64,000 nucleotides of DNA from an uncultured virus (IMG/VR IMGVR_UViG_3300025759_000061) (IMGVR_UViG_3300025759_000061:1-64000), one strand, 5' to 3'; counted from the stretch's first letter, positions 40,000 through 49,839 are shown. Made by a program: numbers and translations. The notes: a model not told the origin generated them from the letters alone.

Positions 40000-40800
40000 A
40001 TGTTTATTGGAATTTGTGCAGGTCCGACAACGGACATAGAGACACTTGATAAATGTATCGGGTCGGCTATTAGTCAATTTGATATGCCTCATGGTATGGT
40101 GGCTGTGATTGGTTATAGGGAACTGATCGATCAATCGAAGCATATGGGTTCGTTCTATCCATATTATTATGATGAACCACGAAAGGGTTGGATCACACAG
40201 AAGAAGAATCTTCTGGTCAACGTGGCCCATGAGTATGGATTTGACAAAGTGTGTCTGGTCCATGACTATTATGAATTTCAACCGGATTGGGTTGATAAGA
40301 TATTAAAATGGTGGGATGATAACGATCACATCCAAGTCGTGGTCAATCCAATATACACCATGGAAGGTGAGAGACATTCAGACTGGTTGTTGGATCAGAG
40401 ATTCGTTACGGCTATGTTGGAACGTCAACCACAACTGAGAAACCTTTTCATGCAGGTTGCACCCAATGAAAATGATCCAAAGTATGTCTGTGGTGTGCCG
40501 TATGAAGTTCAAGACATGACAAACATGCAATACATCTCCGGTGGGATGATCACTGCAAACATAGAAGTTCTTCAAGCAATTCCATTGGATGAATCCAGAT
40601 GTTGGGGTGATGAAGAGGATATCGAGTGGTCCCAGAGACTTCGTGGTGCCCGGATCAAGATAGGGTTGTGTATGGACACATACACGAAGTTGTTGAAACC
40701 CAATAAGTGGCACTTGTATGAAATGCCACAAGAAGGGTTGAATGCAATGAGGGATATGTTTATATGCATACCAGTTCCAGAAGGTAAAAAATACTCATGA
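40000..40800 (+). CDS. Glycosyltransferase-like (GT-A)
   Basis: WITQKKN, LVHDY, PLDE...WGDEEDIEWS. Confidence 0.65.
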   Translation: MFIGICAGPTTDIETLDKCIGSAISQFDMPHGMVAVIGYRELIDQSKHMGSFYPYYYDEPRKGWITQKKNLLVNVAHEYGFDKVCLVHDYYEFQPDWVDKILKWWDDNDHIQVVVNPIYTMEGERHSDWLLDQRFVTAMLERQPQLRNLFMQVAPNENDPKYVCGVPYEVQDMTNMQYISGGMITANIEVLQAIPLDESRCWGDEEDIEWSQRLRGARIKIGLCMDTYTKLLKPNKWHLYEMPQEGLNAMRDMFICIPVPEGKKYS

Positions 40801-41498
40801 AAATATTTGCTATAGGTGACATACACGGAATGTTTAACGTGTATATGAAAGCACGTGAATGGATAGAGACACAGATGGAGCCTGAAGACCATGTGGTGTT
40901 TCTGGGTGATCTGATTGATCGTGGTCCGGAATCTGCATTGGTTGTAAAGTCGGTACGTGAGTGGGAGCCGGTGGGAACCAAGCATGTCGTGATGGGTAAT
41001 CATGAAATGTTCATGTGGGATAGTGGGTTGGAAGACTCATGGATGATGAATGGGGGTAGGGAAACTCTATTCTCATATCAGCAATTGTATACAGATTCTA
41101 AAGCTGAGAGGGAAGCTTTCCTATCGGATGTTGTATGGATGAAAAACCTTCCATACTATGTCACGTTTGGTGACAACCATGAAGTGATCTGTGTTCATTC
41201 CAATTTCCTGCCAGTGTATCTTGAGGGTGAAAATACACCAGAACAGAAGGATACAATGCTGTGGTCCAGAAACTACATGAATGTGCCGGTTCCGGGTGCT
41301 GTTGTTGTCCATGGTCACACACCGATCAGCAAGGAGCCGTATCATCGTGTGATTATACAAACGTTTTTATCAAAGGATGGTGAGTTGAGGGTTGATGAGG
41401 GTCGTCTTAATATTGATGGGGGTGCTGTGTTTGGTGGTAAGCTTTGTGTTGCAGTTTTTGATGATCTGAGATGTGTAGAGGTGAAAACATTTGATTAA
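40797..41498 (+). CDS. Ser/Thr protein phosphatase-type metallophosphoesterase
   Basis: GDIHG, GDLIDRG, GNHE, VHGHTP, IDGGAVFGGKL. Confidence 0.9.
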   Translation: MKIFAIGDIHGMFNVYMKAREWIETQMEPEDHVVFLGDLIDRGPESALVVKSVREWEPVGTKHVVMGNHEMFMWDSGLEDSWMMNGGRETLFSYQQLYTDSKAEREAFLSDVVWMKNLPYYVTFGDNHEVICVHSNFLPVYLEGENTPEQKDTMLWSRNYMNVPVPGAVVVHGHTPISKEPYHRVIIQTFLSKDGELRVDEGRLNIDGGAVFGGKLCVAVFDDLRCVEVKTFD

Positions 41499-42876
41499 CA
41501 CATACAACAAGCTTATCATATTCGATCTTGATGGGGTGTTGATAGACTCACGTGAAATCCACTACGAAACCCTGAACATGGCTCTAGCTGAGATAGCTGA
41601 TGACTTTGTTATTACTCGTGAAGAGCATCTATCACGTTATGACGGTTTATCCACATCCAGAAAACTGAAGATGTTGACAGATGAGAAGAATCTGCCAGAA
41701 CATTATCATGGTCATATATGGAGAAGTAAACAACATTACACCAAGGAATTTCTACTGAACAAGACCAAGAAGAACCTGTATCTGATCGGGTTGTGTAGCT
41801 GGATAAAGCTGAACGGCTACAAACTGGCATGTGCTTCAAATGCAATCCGTGAAACGGTTGAAACTTCCCTGAAGTCTCTTGGAATTCTGGAATACTTTGA
41901 CTATATGGTATCTAATCAGGATGTGGAAAGATCGAAGCCATATCCTGACATGTACTGGAAGTGTATGATAGAATGTAATGCAATTCCAGCATCTACAATT
42001 ATCGTTGAGGATTCTCATATCGGTCGTGAAGGTGCAGTGGCTTCCGGTGCACATCTTCTGGAAGTTGAGGACCCACGTGATTTGACACGTGAGAAAATCA
42101 TGAGTCAGATGGAATGGCTCGACATGAAGCAGAGTGGACAGATCAAAATGAAATGGAATGACAATAAGCTGAACGTGTTGATCCCCATGGCCGGAGCCGG
42201 TTCCAGATTTGCTGATGCCGGTTACACGTTTCCAAAGCCATTGATTGAGGTCAAAGGTAAACCAATGATCCAGTTGGTTGTGGAGAACCTTAACATTGAG
42301 GCCAATTTTATCTACATTGTCCAGAAGGAACACTACAAGAAATACAATCTCAAATACATGTTGGAATTGATCACACCGGGTTGTGAGATAATTCAGGTTG
42401 ATGGGGTGACTGAGGGTGCTGCCTGCACGACTCTGTTGGCCAAGAACCTGATCAACAACTCAAATCCACTATTGATCTGTAACTCAGACCAGTATATAGA
42501 GTGGGATTCCAATGAATGTATGTATGCATTCAAGGCTGATGGGATTGATGCCGGGATACTGACATTCAAATCAACACATCCAAAATGGTCATATGCCAAG
42601 GTGGGTGATGATGGATTCGTATCAGAGGTGGCTGAGAAGCAACCAATATCTGACAATGCAACAGTTGGTTTGTATTATTGGTCACATGGTAAGGACTATG
42701 TGAAGTTTGCTGAACAGATGATTGAGAAGGATATCCGGACCAATGGTGAGTTCTATGTGTGCCCTGTCTTTAATCAAGCCATAGAAGCCGGTAAGAAGGT
42801 CCGTGTCAAGCAGATAGACCGTATGTGGGGGATTGGTACTCCGGAAGACCTAAACACGTTCTTGAGGGATAATTAG
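41491..42876 (+). CDS. HAD phosphatase fused to sugar nucleotidyltransferase
   Basis: FDLDGVL...KPYP...EDS; IPMAGAGSRF...PKPLI. Confidence 0.9.
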   Translation: MINTYNKLIIFDLDGVLIDSREIHYETLNMALAEIADDFVITREEHLSRYDGLSTSRKLKMLTDEKNLPEHYHGHIWRSKQHYTKEFLLNKTKKNLYLIGLCSWIKLNGYKLACASNAIRETVETSLKSLGILEYFDYMVSNQDVERSKPYPDMYWKCMIECNAIPASTIIVEDSHIGREGAVASGAHLLEVEDPRDLTREKIMSQMEWLDMKQSGQIKMKWNDNKLNVLIPMAGAGSRFADAGYTFPKPLIEVKGKPMIQLVVENLNIEANFIYIVQKEHYKKYNLKYMLELITPGCEIIQVDGVTEGAACTTLLAKNLINNSNPLLICNSDQYIEWDSNECMYAFKADGIDAGILTFKSTHPKWSYAKVGDDGFVSEVAEKQPISDNATVGLYYWSHGKDYVKFAEQMIEKDIRTNGEFYVCPVFNQAIEAGKKVRVKQIDRMWGIGTPEDLNTFLRDN

Positions 42877-42925
42877 ATGATGAAGCTATGATTGACGAAA
42901 ACCCGGCCCACCTTTATGTATAGGA

Positions 42926-43264
42926 TTGAACATGACTGAAAAATTTGTAACACCAGAACCACTACCAACACCATATGAACGTGAGCTTCTAACCATCCTT
43001 ATTGAAGAAGCTGCTGAAGTGCAGCAACGTGCTACCAAGATGTTGAGATTTGGTATACACGAAGTTCAACCCGGCCAACCACATACGAACCGGGAACGTC
43101 TGTCTATTGAATTGGGTGATTTGATGGCTGTTATCACAATGTCTCTGGAACCGGATGTGGATTTGATAAATGCAGCAATAGTAGAAAATCAGATTGAAAA
43201 GAAAATTATAAAGCTTGAGAAGTTTATGCAATCAAGTAAGCCAGAGGATGTCGTGGATGACTAA
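42926..43264 (+). CDS. MazG-like nucleotide pyrophosphohydrolase
   Basis: EEAAEV...ELGDL. Confidence 0.65.
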   Translation: MNMTEKFVTPEPLPTPYERELLTILIEEAAEVQQRATKMLRFGIHEVQPGQPHTNRERLSIELGDLMAVITMSLEPDVDLINAAIVENQIEKKIIKLEKFMQSSKPEDVVDD

Positions 43265-43859
43265 AAACATATTCGAGATTGGTGTTAACACCGGCTCAGA
43301 CACACAGCCGTTACTGGACAAATACCCGACACACACATATTACGGATTTGAACCCACACGGGAATTGGTATCCCAAGCATTGTGGCCCAAATTCAATGAC
43401 CCACGAGTCAATATCATCCCAATGGCTGTTGATATTGAGGATGGTTTCAAGACGTTCAATATTGCCGGTCAGGGTGACTGGGGCTGTTCTAGTCTTTATG
43501 AGTTTGATGAGAAAATCCACGAGAAGTGGGAAAACCGGTCAGACTTCAAGATGACTCATTCCTATCCTGTACCGTGTATGAGATTGGAGACGTTCATTGA
43601 AGTGTTCAAAATAGAGGGTGATATTGACTACATGTGGATTGATGCACAAGGTAATGATTACAATGTGCTGCTATCTATGGGCCATTACATAAACGATCTA
43701 AAAGCCGGTCGGCTGGAATGTGCTTACACGGTTGAACTGTATCAGGGTACGGGCAACAATCTGTCTAATGTTACGAAATACTTGGACTTCTGTGGGTTCA
43801 AGTATGATGTAAAACCGGATGACGTGGGTAAGGAATGTAATGTGGAGTTTTATAGATGA
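43257..43859 (+). CDS. FkbM-family methyltransferase
   Basis: FEIGVNTG, GFEP, IDAQGND. Confidence 0.8.
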   Translation: MTKNIFEIGVNTGSDTQPLLDKYPTHTYYGFEPTRELVSQALWPKFNDPRVNIIPMAVDIEDGFKTFNIAGQGDWGCSSLYEFDEKIHEKWENRSDFKMTHSYPVPCMRLETFIEVFKIEGDIDYMWIDAQGNDYNVLLSMGHYINDLKAGRLECAYTVELYQGTGNNLSNVTKYLDFCGFKYDVKPDDVGKECNVEFYR

Positions 43860-44329
43860 AGATATACAGCCATCGTGGAAATCTGGATGGGTCAAACAGA
43901 CAATGGGAAAATCATCCAAGCCAAATCAACAAAGCAATATCTGCTCAATTTAATGTAGAGATTGATTTTTGGTATGTAGAGGGTGAATGTTGGCTTGGCC
44001 ATGACTTTCCGGAACATAAGGTTTCTTGGGATTTCCTTGCCCAGATCAAGTATCAGGTGATTCTACATGCCAAGAATGTTGAAGCATTGGGTTTCCTCTC
44101 AAACAAAGATGCCCACTATTTTTGGCATGATACTGATGATTACACCCTAACATCATGGGGTTGGGTATGGATGCATCCACTTGCCCATTCTACGGGGAAG
44201 GGTTACACAAATATGACGATATTAGCACTGCCTGAAAACTCAGCTTCTGACTTTGATCAGGATTTTTACACAAATATTGGTGGTGTGTGCACAGATTACC
44301 CTGAACGTTGGAGAGAAAAAAGATTATGA
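43856..44329 (+). CDS. GDPD/PLC-like phosphodiesterase-fold protein
   Basis: SHRGN, EN.P, VEID, LGHD, HAKN, GVCTDY. Confidence 0.7.
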   Translation: MKIYSHRGNLDGSNRQWENHPSQINKAISAQFNVEIDFWYVEGECWLGHDFPEHKVSWDFLAQIKYQVILHAKNVEALGFLSNKDAHYFWHDTDDYTLTSWGWVWMHPLAHSTGKGYTNMTILALPENSASDFDQDFYTNIGGVCTDYPERWREKRL

Positions 44330-45579
44330 TTGTATCTATAATTGGGGCTGGTGGTCATGTGGGGATTCCGTTCTCACTGGTGTGCTCACGTCCAGATAAC
44401 ATTGTGTATGGAATAGACCTGTCTCAGGAACGGGTCAGTCAGTTGAACCGGGGTGAGATGCCTTTCATTGAAGAAGGTGGTCAGGAACAGCTTAAAAAGT
44501 ATGTTGGAAGCAACCTGTTCTTCACAACCGAATACGACTCTCTCAAAAAGTCTGATATTATTGCTATCATGATCGGTACACCGGTTGATGATGAAGGTAA
44601 CCCACGTATTGATGACATCATGGAGTTGGCCGACACAATTGGAACAGCCATTGCCGAAAACATCAAGTCTGGTGGGACCAAGGCCATAATACTAAGATCG
44701 ACAGTTGCACCCGGCACTACACGTCTTTTCAAAAAACGGCTGTTCAATAAGATCAACTACTATGGTGGTGTGCCAATGTTACAGATCAAAAACCGGGTAG
44801 ACGTTTACTTCATCCCAGAACGTGTTGCACAGGGTAAGGGGTTGGTGGAGACTACCAAACACCATTGGATGATTGGGGTCGATCCTGATGAAGAGGGTGT
44901 GGGTGTTCATGCCAAACTTTGGGAGTTCATCAAAACTCTTGGGGTTGTGTATAAATTCATGCCATATGAAGCTGCTGAAATCGGCAAGCTGATGACCAAT
45001 ATGTACCGTTATGTGAATTTTGCATTTGCCAACGAAATGTACATGGTGTGTAAGCAATATGACGTTGATGCATTTGAGATGATTGAGGACTTCAATGAGG
45101 GGTATGAAAGACTTGATGTTCCCAAGCCGGGACCAAACGTGGGTGGGCCGTGCCTATTCAAGGATGGTAAATTCCTTACTACAAAATTTGCTTTCCCTGA
45201 ACTGATAAGCACAGCTTTCCATATCAATGAGAGTATGCCGGAATTTGTTTATGATCAGATGATGATCAAGGCTGCACGTGTTGGAAAAACTATTGACCGG
45301 GTTTTGATTCTTGGTGCTGCTTTCAAGGCTGAGTCTGATGATATTCGAAACTCACTATCATACAAATTCAAGAAGATTTGTAAGAGGCACGGCTTGAAAG
45401 TGACCATGTATGACCCATATGTTGAAGGAATGATCCAAGCTCGTACACATCTTCTGGTGAGTGGTGTGGATGCTGTTGTGGTTATGACACCACACAAGGT
45501 ATTCGATAAAGAATGGTTCCAGTGGCACTTGCCGATGATGTCACCCGGTGTGATTACATACAATCCATGGAAAGAATAG
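44326..45579 (+). CDS. UDP-glucose/GDP-mannose dehydrogenase family
   Basis: GAGGHVG, IGTP, RSTVAPGTT, PER, GGPCLFKD, FKAESDDIRNS. Confidence 0.92.
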   Translation: MIVSIIGAGGHVGIPFSLVCSRPDNIVYGIDLSQERVSQLNRGEMPFIEEGGQEQLKKYVGSNLFFTTEYDSLKKSDIIAIMIGTPVDDEGNPRIDDIMELADTIGTAIAENIKSGGTKAIILRSTVAPGTTRLFKKRLFNKINYYGGVPMLQIKNRVDVYFIPERVAQGKGLVETTKHHWMIGVDPDEEGVGVHAKLWEFIKTLGVVYKFMPYEAAEIGKLMTNMYRYVNFAFANEMYMVCKQYDVDAFEMIEDFNEGYERLDVPKPGPNVGGPCLFKDGKFLTTKFAFPELISTAFHINESMPEFVYDQMMIKAARVGKTIDRVLILGAAFKAESDDIRNSLSYKFKKICKRHGLKVTMYDPYVEGMIQARTHLLVSGVDAVVVMTPHKVFDKEWFQWHLPMMSPGVITYNPWKE

Positions 45580-45581
45580 AC

Positions 45582-46652
45582 ATGAAAAAAATTATAGTGT
45601 GTGGCTCTGATGGCAGTTTGATGAGTCACATCATCAAAACCCTTGGATGGTTCAAGACAGACTACCATATCATGGGGATCGACAATCTGTCCCGGCACGG
45701 TAGACGTAATCAGAACCTGACAGATGATGACTGTTTGTTCATGGAAGCAGACCTGACAAATCGTAGAGTCGTTATGGACCTGTTCACAGCATACCAGCCG
45801 GATGTTATCATTCAGGGTGCTGCAACCATTTACGGTGTTGGGGGCTTCAATAGATTTGCTGCTGATATTTTGGGTCGTGACACAGCTATCAATGCAAACT
45901 GTTTGGAAGCTGCTGCCACATGCACAGATGTTGAGAACTTCGTTTTCATCTCATCGTCTATGGTTTATGAGAGTGTATCTATTGGACTCATTCCTTCACA
46001 TGAATCCCACATGTATGATTACAAGGGCAGTAACATACATCCACCCATTCCAAAGACTGATTATGGTTTGAGTAAGGTGGTGAACGAAAGAATGGTCAGG
46101 GCATACAATAAGCAATATGCTTTACCGTATTCTATCTGGAGACCATTCAATATCATAACACCATATGAAACTGCTGGGGAATCATTGGGTGATTCCCACG
46201 TGTTTGCTGATTTCTTTAACACGATCTTGATGAATAGAGAGCACCGTCTTGACATTATAGGTGATGGAAATCAAGTCCGGTGCTTCACATGGATTGATGA
46301 TGTGATTGAACCAATTATCGATACTCTGGAGCATCCTACAAACACGGCCATGAATATTGGTAACCAAGAGCCAATCACCATGAGAGAATTGGCTATGATT
46401 ATTCGTGAGGTTGGAATGGAGAAGGGTTATCTACCACCTAGTTTTCCACCACTAGAATTCAATACTTCAAAGTCCTATCCGGATGATGTTAAATACAGAG
46501 TACCGGCTGTTGAGAATATCAAACATAAGCTTGGTTGGAAAGCCAAGGTGAAGGTTCGGGAATCTATAAGTAGATGTGCCGACTATTTGATAAGTACATT
46601 ACCCTTATATGAAGATAACTCACTGGGTATAGGAATAAGAGAAGTGGAATAA
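45582..46652 (+). CDS. NAD-dependent nucleotide-sugar epimerase/dehydratase
   Basis: ISSSMVYE, YGLSK, RPFN, GDGNQVRCFTWIDD. Confidence 0.88.
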   Translation: MKKIIVCGSDGSLMSHIIKTLGWFKTDYHIMGIDNLSRHGRRNQNLTDDDCLFMEADLTNRRVVMDLFTAYQPDVIIQGAATIYGVGGFNRFAADILGRDTAINANCLEAAATCTDVENFVFISSSMVYESVSIGLIPSHESHMYDYKGSNIHPPIPKTDYGLSKVVNERMVRAYNKQYALPYSIWRPFNIITPYETAGESLGDSHVFADFFNTILMNREHRLDIIGDGNQVRCFTWIDDVIEPIIDTLEHPTNTAMNIGNQEPITMRELAMIIREVGMEKGYLPPSFPPLEFNTSKSYPDDVKYRVPAVENIKHKLGWKAKVKVRESISRCADYLISTLPLYEDNSLGIGIREVE

Positions 46653-46657
46653 TAAAG

Positions 46658-47122
46658 ATGACAAAATCTACAATATTCTTTGTATTGTTCAGTATTTCCA
46701 ATCTTCTAGCAATCTTCTGGTTAGGTTATTTTGACATATACTCATGGATAGCTTCCAAAGACATCACTTATATTTCATTCCTTATCGGGGTTGTCTATAT
46801 GGCAACCCTTCTATCTTTCTTTTTTGAGATTAGATCAGGGAAAAATAGTGATGATGTCTTTGAGTTGCAGATGTTCATTGCAAACCATCTACCAGCACTT
46901 GGGTTGTTGGGGACGGTGATTGGGTTGATGATATCAGTGGAGTCCATATCCACAATCAAGATCGATCCAAATGAGCAGACAGAGATTATTGAGATGATGC
47001 AGAATATCTTCCTAGCACTATCAACGGCTCTTCTGACAACTATTGTTGGGTTGATAACCAGTCTGTTACTCAAGGGGCAATTGGTAGTAATGAACATGGT
47101 GCATTCCCATGAAGTTGAGTAA
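46658..47122 (+). CDS. MotA/TolQ/ExbB-like membrane protein
   Basis: LPALGLLGTVIGL...ALSTALLTTIVGL channel helices. Confidence 0.75.
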   Translation: MTKSTIFFVLFSISNLLAIFWLGYFDIYSWIASKDITYISFLIGVVYMATLLSFFFEIRSGKNSDDVFELQMFIANHLPALGLLGTVIGLMISVESISTIKIDPNEQTEIIEMMQNIFLALSTALLTTIVGLITSLLLKGQLVVMNMVHSHEVE

Positions 47123-47756
47123 AGAGACTGGGGCCAGCAACATATTTTCAGACATGTTGTTCACTGTCCTGTTCATGGTCATTGTATCGTTCGTTCTGGC
47201 TATTCTGTTGATCAATCCAATATCCAAAGATGAGGGCAACATCATCAAACGTGCTGAGTATTTCATTGAGATGGAATGGCCGGATGATATCGATTGTGAT
47301 GTTGACTTATGGGTGCAGGGTCCCGACAAAGGGAAGCCGATCCATTTCCTGTACCTCAACAACAAATACATGCATCTGGAACGGGATGATCAGGGAATCA
47401 GAACTGATACGTTTAGTCCATCTGGAAGTAAAAGAAAAATTCAAGGTGAAGAAAATCGTGAGGTGTGGACACTGAGAGGGATGGTCCCCGGTGAATACAT
47501 TGTTAATGGACATCTGTATAAATGTAACGGATCAAATGCCTATCAAACTGGTGTACCGATTACCGTGCCGGTTAAACTGAGAGTGGTTAAAATAAACCGG
47601 TATAGGATTGTCCATATGGTTAAAAAGGTTTTCGAGATGACATGGCAGGAAAAAACCTTTGTCAGGTTCAGGTTGGATAATGACGGATTCTTTGTCAATC
47701 AGGGTGATGATTTCATACCAATAGTGAAGCTTGGAGCCGGGGAGACATTACGATGA
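47109..47756 (+). CDS. Single-TM partner protein (FSDMLF helix; W...DVDLWV.GP domain)
   Basis: MotB/ExbD-like TM Asp; overlaps MotA-like gene. Confidence 0.55.
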   Translation: MKLSKETGASNIFSDMLFTVLFMVIVSFVLAILLINPISKDEGNIIKRAEYFIEMEWPDDIDCDVDLWVQGPDKGKPIHFLYLNNKYMHLERDDQGIRTDTFSPSGSKRKIQGEENREVWTLRGMVPGEYIVNGHLYKCNGSNAYQTGVPITVPVKLRVVKINRYRIVHMVKKVFEMTWQEKTFVRFRLDNDGFFVNQGDDFIPIVKLGAGETLR

Positions 47757-48253
47757 TCGATTTTTTGATGGTGATATTCTTCTCGTTCATAGCCTTGTTC
47801 ATTCTTTGGATGATCATGGTGGGTAGGATGTCAACCCATGTTATCATGCTGGGTGTGCTGCTTATTGTGGCTGCTACGGGGAATTACTGGTCACTGATGA
47901 CATACAGGGGTTTCCCCACAACAGCCGTGATGGGTAAAGACAATTCAATGATATGGGCTTCTATCAAGGACCCTACACCCAAAAACCCGGATGGGTTGAT
48001 TTATGTGTGGGTCTATGATCCAGATCGTGAAACCACACGTGTAGAAGAACTGTTGCACCTGAATTTCAACAGTAAGCCACGGGCTTATGAAATCCCATAT
48101 ACGAAAGAAAGTGCCAAGGAACTTAGGGAAGCCATGAAGAAGAAGATGAAGGGTTTTGGTGTCCTGTTGGGTTTGGAACTGGATGGGACGGGTGATAAAA
48201 TACCGAAGCTGAAGATACAGACTATCGATCCCTATGAAATTTTGCCTAAATAG
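47753..48253 (+). CDS. Hypothetical membrane protein
   Basis: Two N-terminal TM helices, PRAYEIPY. Confidence 0.6.
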   Translation: MIDFLMVIFFSFIALFILWMIMVGRMSTHVIMLGVLLIVAATGNYWSLMTYRGFPTTAVMGKDNSMIWASIKDPTPKNPDGLIYVWVYDPDRETTRVEELLHLNFNSKPRAYEIPYTKESAKELREAMKKKMKGFGVLLGLELDGTGDKIPKLKIQTIDPYEILPK

Positions 48254-48298
48254 TTCTTGACAAACATGTTGTGTCTCTATATATAGATGAATAACAAT

Positions 48299-48374
48299 GC
48301 TCGTGTAGCCCAATGGCAGAGGCACTGGTTTTAGGAACCAGTCAGTGTGAGTTCGACTCTCTCCACGAGCACCA
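48299..48374 (+). tRNA. tRNA-Leu(UAG), short variable loop
   Basis: GCTCGTG/CACGAGC, CTGGT-TTTAGGA-ACCAG, CCA. Confidence 0.88.
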
Positions 48375-48466
48375 ATTATTTGGTTTGCATCTAGTTAACC
48401 GGTATTACTGAAAGATATCCCTAGAGGGTTGATCTGTTTTAACTGAGTTGGTGTTGACCAAATTAT

Positions 48467-48544
48467 GCTACTGTCGTCTAACTGGAATAGGATACTTGCC
48501 TTTCAAGCAGGGGAATGCCGGTTCGAATCCGGTCGGTAGTACCA
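48467..48544 (+). tRNA. tRNA-Glu(UUC)
   Basis: CTTGC-CTTTCAA-GCAGG, TTCGAAT, CCA. Confidence 0.88.
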
Positions 48545-48758
48545 ATTTATAGGATATATTATGAAAACAGAATATGAAAAAAAATTAGCTATCATAGAAG
48601 ATAGTTTTACTTCTGGATTTCATGGCACAGTGCCTTATGCTTCTGAGCTTCAAGCTTTATGGAAAGAATTTCCAGAAGAAGCCAAGAAAGGTCTTGCTCA
48701 AGTCACTGGAAAGGTAAAGTTCCCTAAATAACTGTATAACAGACAGTTAGGGTTAAAT

Positions 48759-49157
48759 ATGTTTGAAAGTAGTGTAAACACAAAAAAACAAGGTGATGTT
48801 GGTCTGGGTTATGCAATATCATATTTCAGTAGACTTGGTTGGGCTGTTTCCATACCATTAACAGATAGTCAAGATTATGACTTGGTTGTAGATGATCCTG
48901 ATAGGGGGTTGAGAAGAGTGTCTATAAAAACAACAAGTCAGAGAAAATCAACCGGTGGTTATGAAGTTGGTTTAAGAGTTTTAGGTGGAAATAGTAAAAA
49001 AAACTATGTACATAAAACTGCTGATCTTGTACAATATGATGATTTATTCGTTTTAACTGAAGAAGGAACGATGTATTTCTTACCAAAACCAAATGTTAAA
49101 AGCAGTATTGTTGTTGGTAAGAAATATGAAAAATACAACATTGGGAACTGCAAGTAA
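48759..49157 (+). CDS. PD-(D/E)xK endonuclease (group I intron-associated family), free-standing
   Basis: KQGDVG...VSIPLTDSQDYDLVVD...RVSIKT; AT-rich; inside tRNA cluster. Confidence 0.8.
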   Translation: MFESSVNTKKQGDVGLGYAISYFSRLGWAVSIPLTDSQDYDLVVDDPDRGLRRVSIKTTSQRKSTGGYEVGLRVLGGNSKKNYVHKTADLVQYDDLFVLTEEGTMYFLPKPNVKSSIVVGKKYEKYNIGNCK

Positions 49158-49231
49158 GAGTGGATGGTCCACTGACCGGCTGTAAACCGGTTCCTTAAGG
49201 CAAGAGGTTCGATTCCGTCCAGTTCCCACCA
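49143..49231 (+). tRNA. Atypical tRNA-Tyr(GUA)
   Basis: ACCGG-CTGTAAA-CCGGT, variable arm, 8-bp GGGAACTG/CAGTTCCC acceptor, CCA. Confidence 0.75.
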
Positions 49232-49237
49232 AATTCT

Positions 49238-49312
49238 GTCCCCATCGTCTAGTGGTCAGGATGTCGGCTTCTCAAGCCGGTGACAGGGGTTCAAATCCCC
49301 TTGGGGATACCA
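49238..49312 (+). tRNA. tRNA-Glu(CUC)
   Basis: GTCCCCA/TGGGGAT, TCGGC-TTCTCAA-GCCGG, CCA. Confidence 0.88.
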
Positions 49313-49426
49313 AGTTTAGATGGGTCTTGAGGGGCTAGTTGCATGGCAAATTCGAACAAAGTGCAACCCTCTGTGTAATAGTGATCATACAGGAAAGACA
49401 GAGAGAGGCCCGTCTAATTTAATTAG

Positions 49427-49500
49427 GCCGATATAGCTCAATGGTAGAGTGCTGCTGTGGTATTGCAGAAATCTGGGTTCAATTCCCTGTGTCGGCACCA
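49427..49500 (+). tRNA. tRNA-Thr(GGU)
   Basis: GCCGATA/TGTCGGC, loop GT-GGT-AT, CCA. Confidence 0.8.
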
Positions 49501-49839
49501 TGAAAAAAGGAAAAATGGTAATGGATAACGAAGTGCTTATAGAACAGTTGGATGATATTATTGAACAGACTCTCGTGGATTTGTTCTCCAGTATGGTTGT
49601 GAAACAGATGATGGAGAGGTGTGATGACAAGGACGTGGCCTTGCAGCAAATTGCTGAGTGGAAATCCAATACTGATATTGATGATACTGAACTGAATAAA
49701 CGGGTTAATGCATTGAAACAGGAAGTTGTGGACCTGTTGGAGAAGAATTCAAGACTGATTTCGGATATGTTTCGGGATAATTTGCAGTGATTTAGTGCTT
49801 GACACTCACTCACATTAAACCTATATACGGGATTACAAG

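Noticed and set aside
48545..49157. Group I intron around the PD-(D/E)xK endonuclease
   Set aside because: Flanking tRNAs are complete and I could not identify intron core elements; it appears free-standing
49313..49415. Hammerhead or HDV-like (theta) ribozyme after tRNA-Glu
   Set aside because: No CUGANGA core or convincing nested double pseudoknot seen by eye; kept only as an unassigned structured RNA
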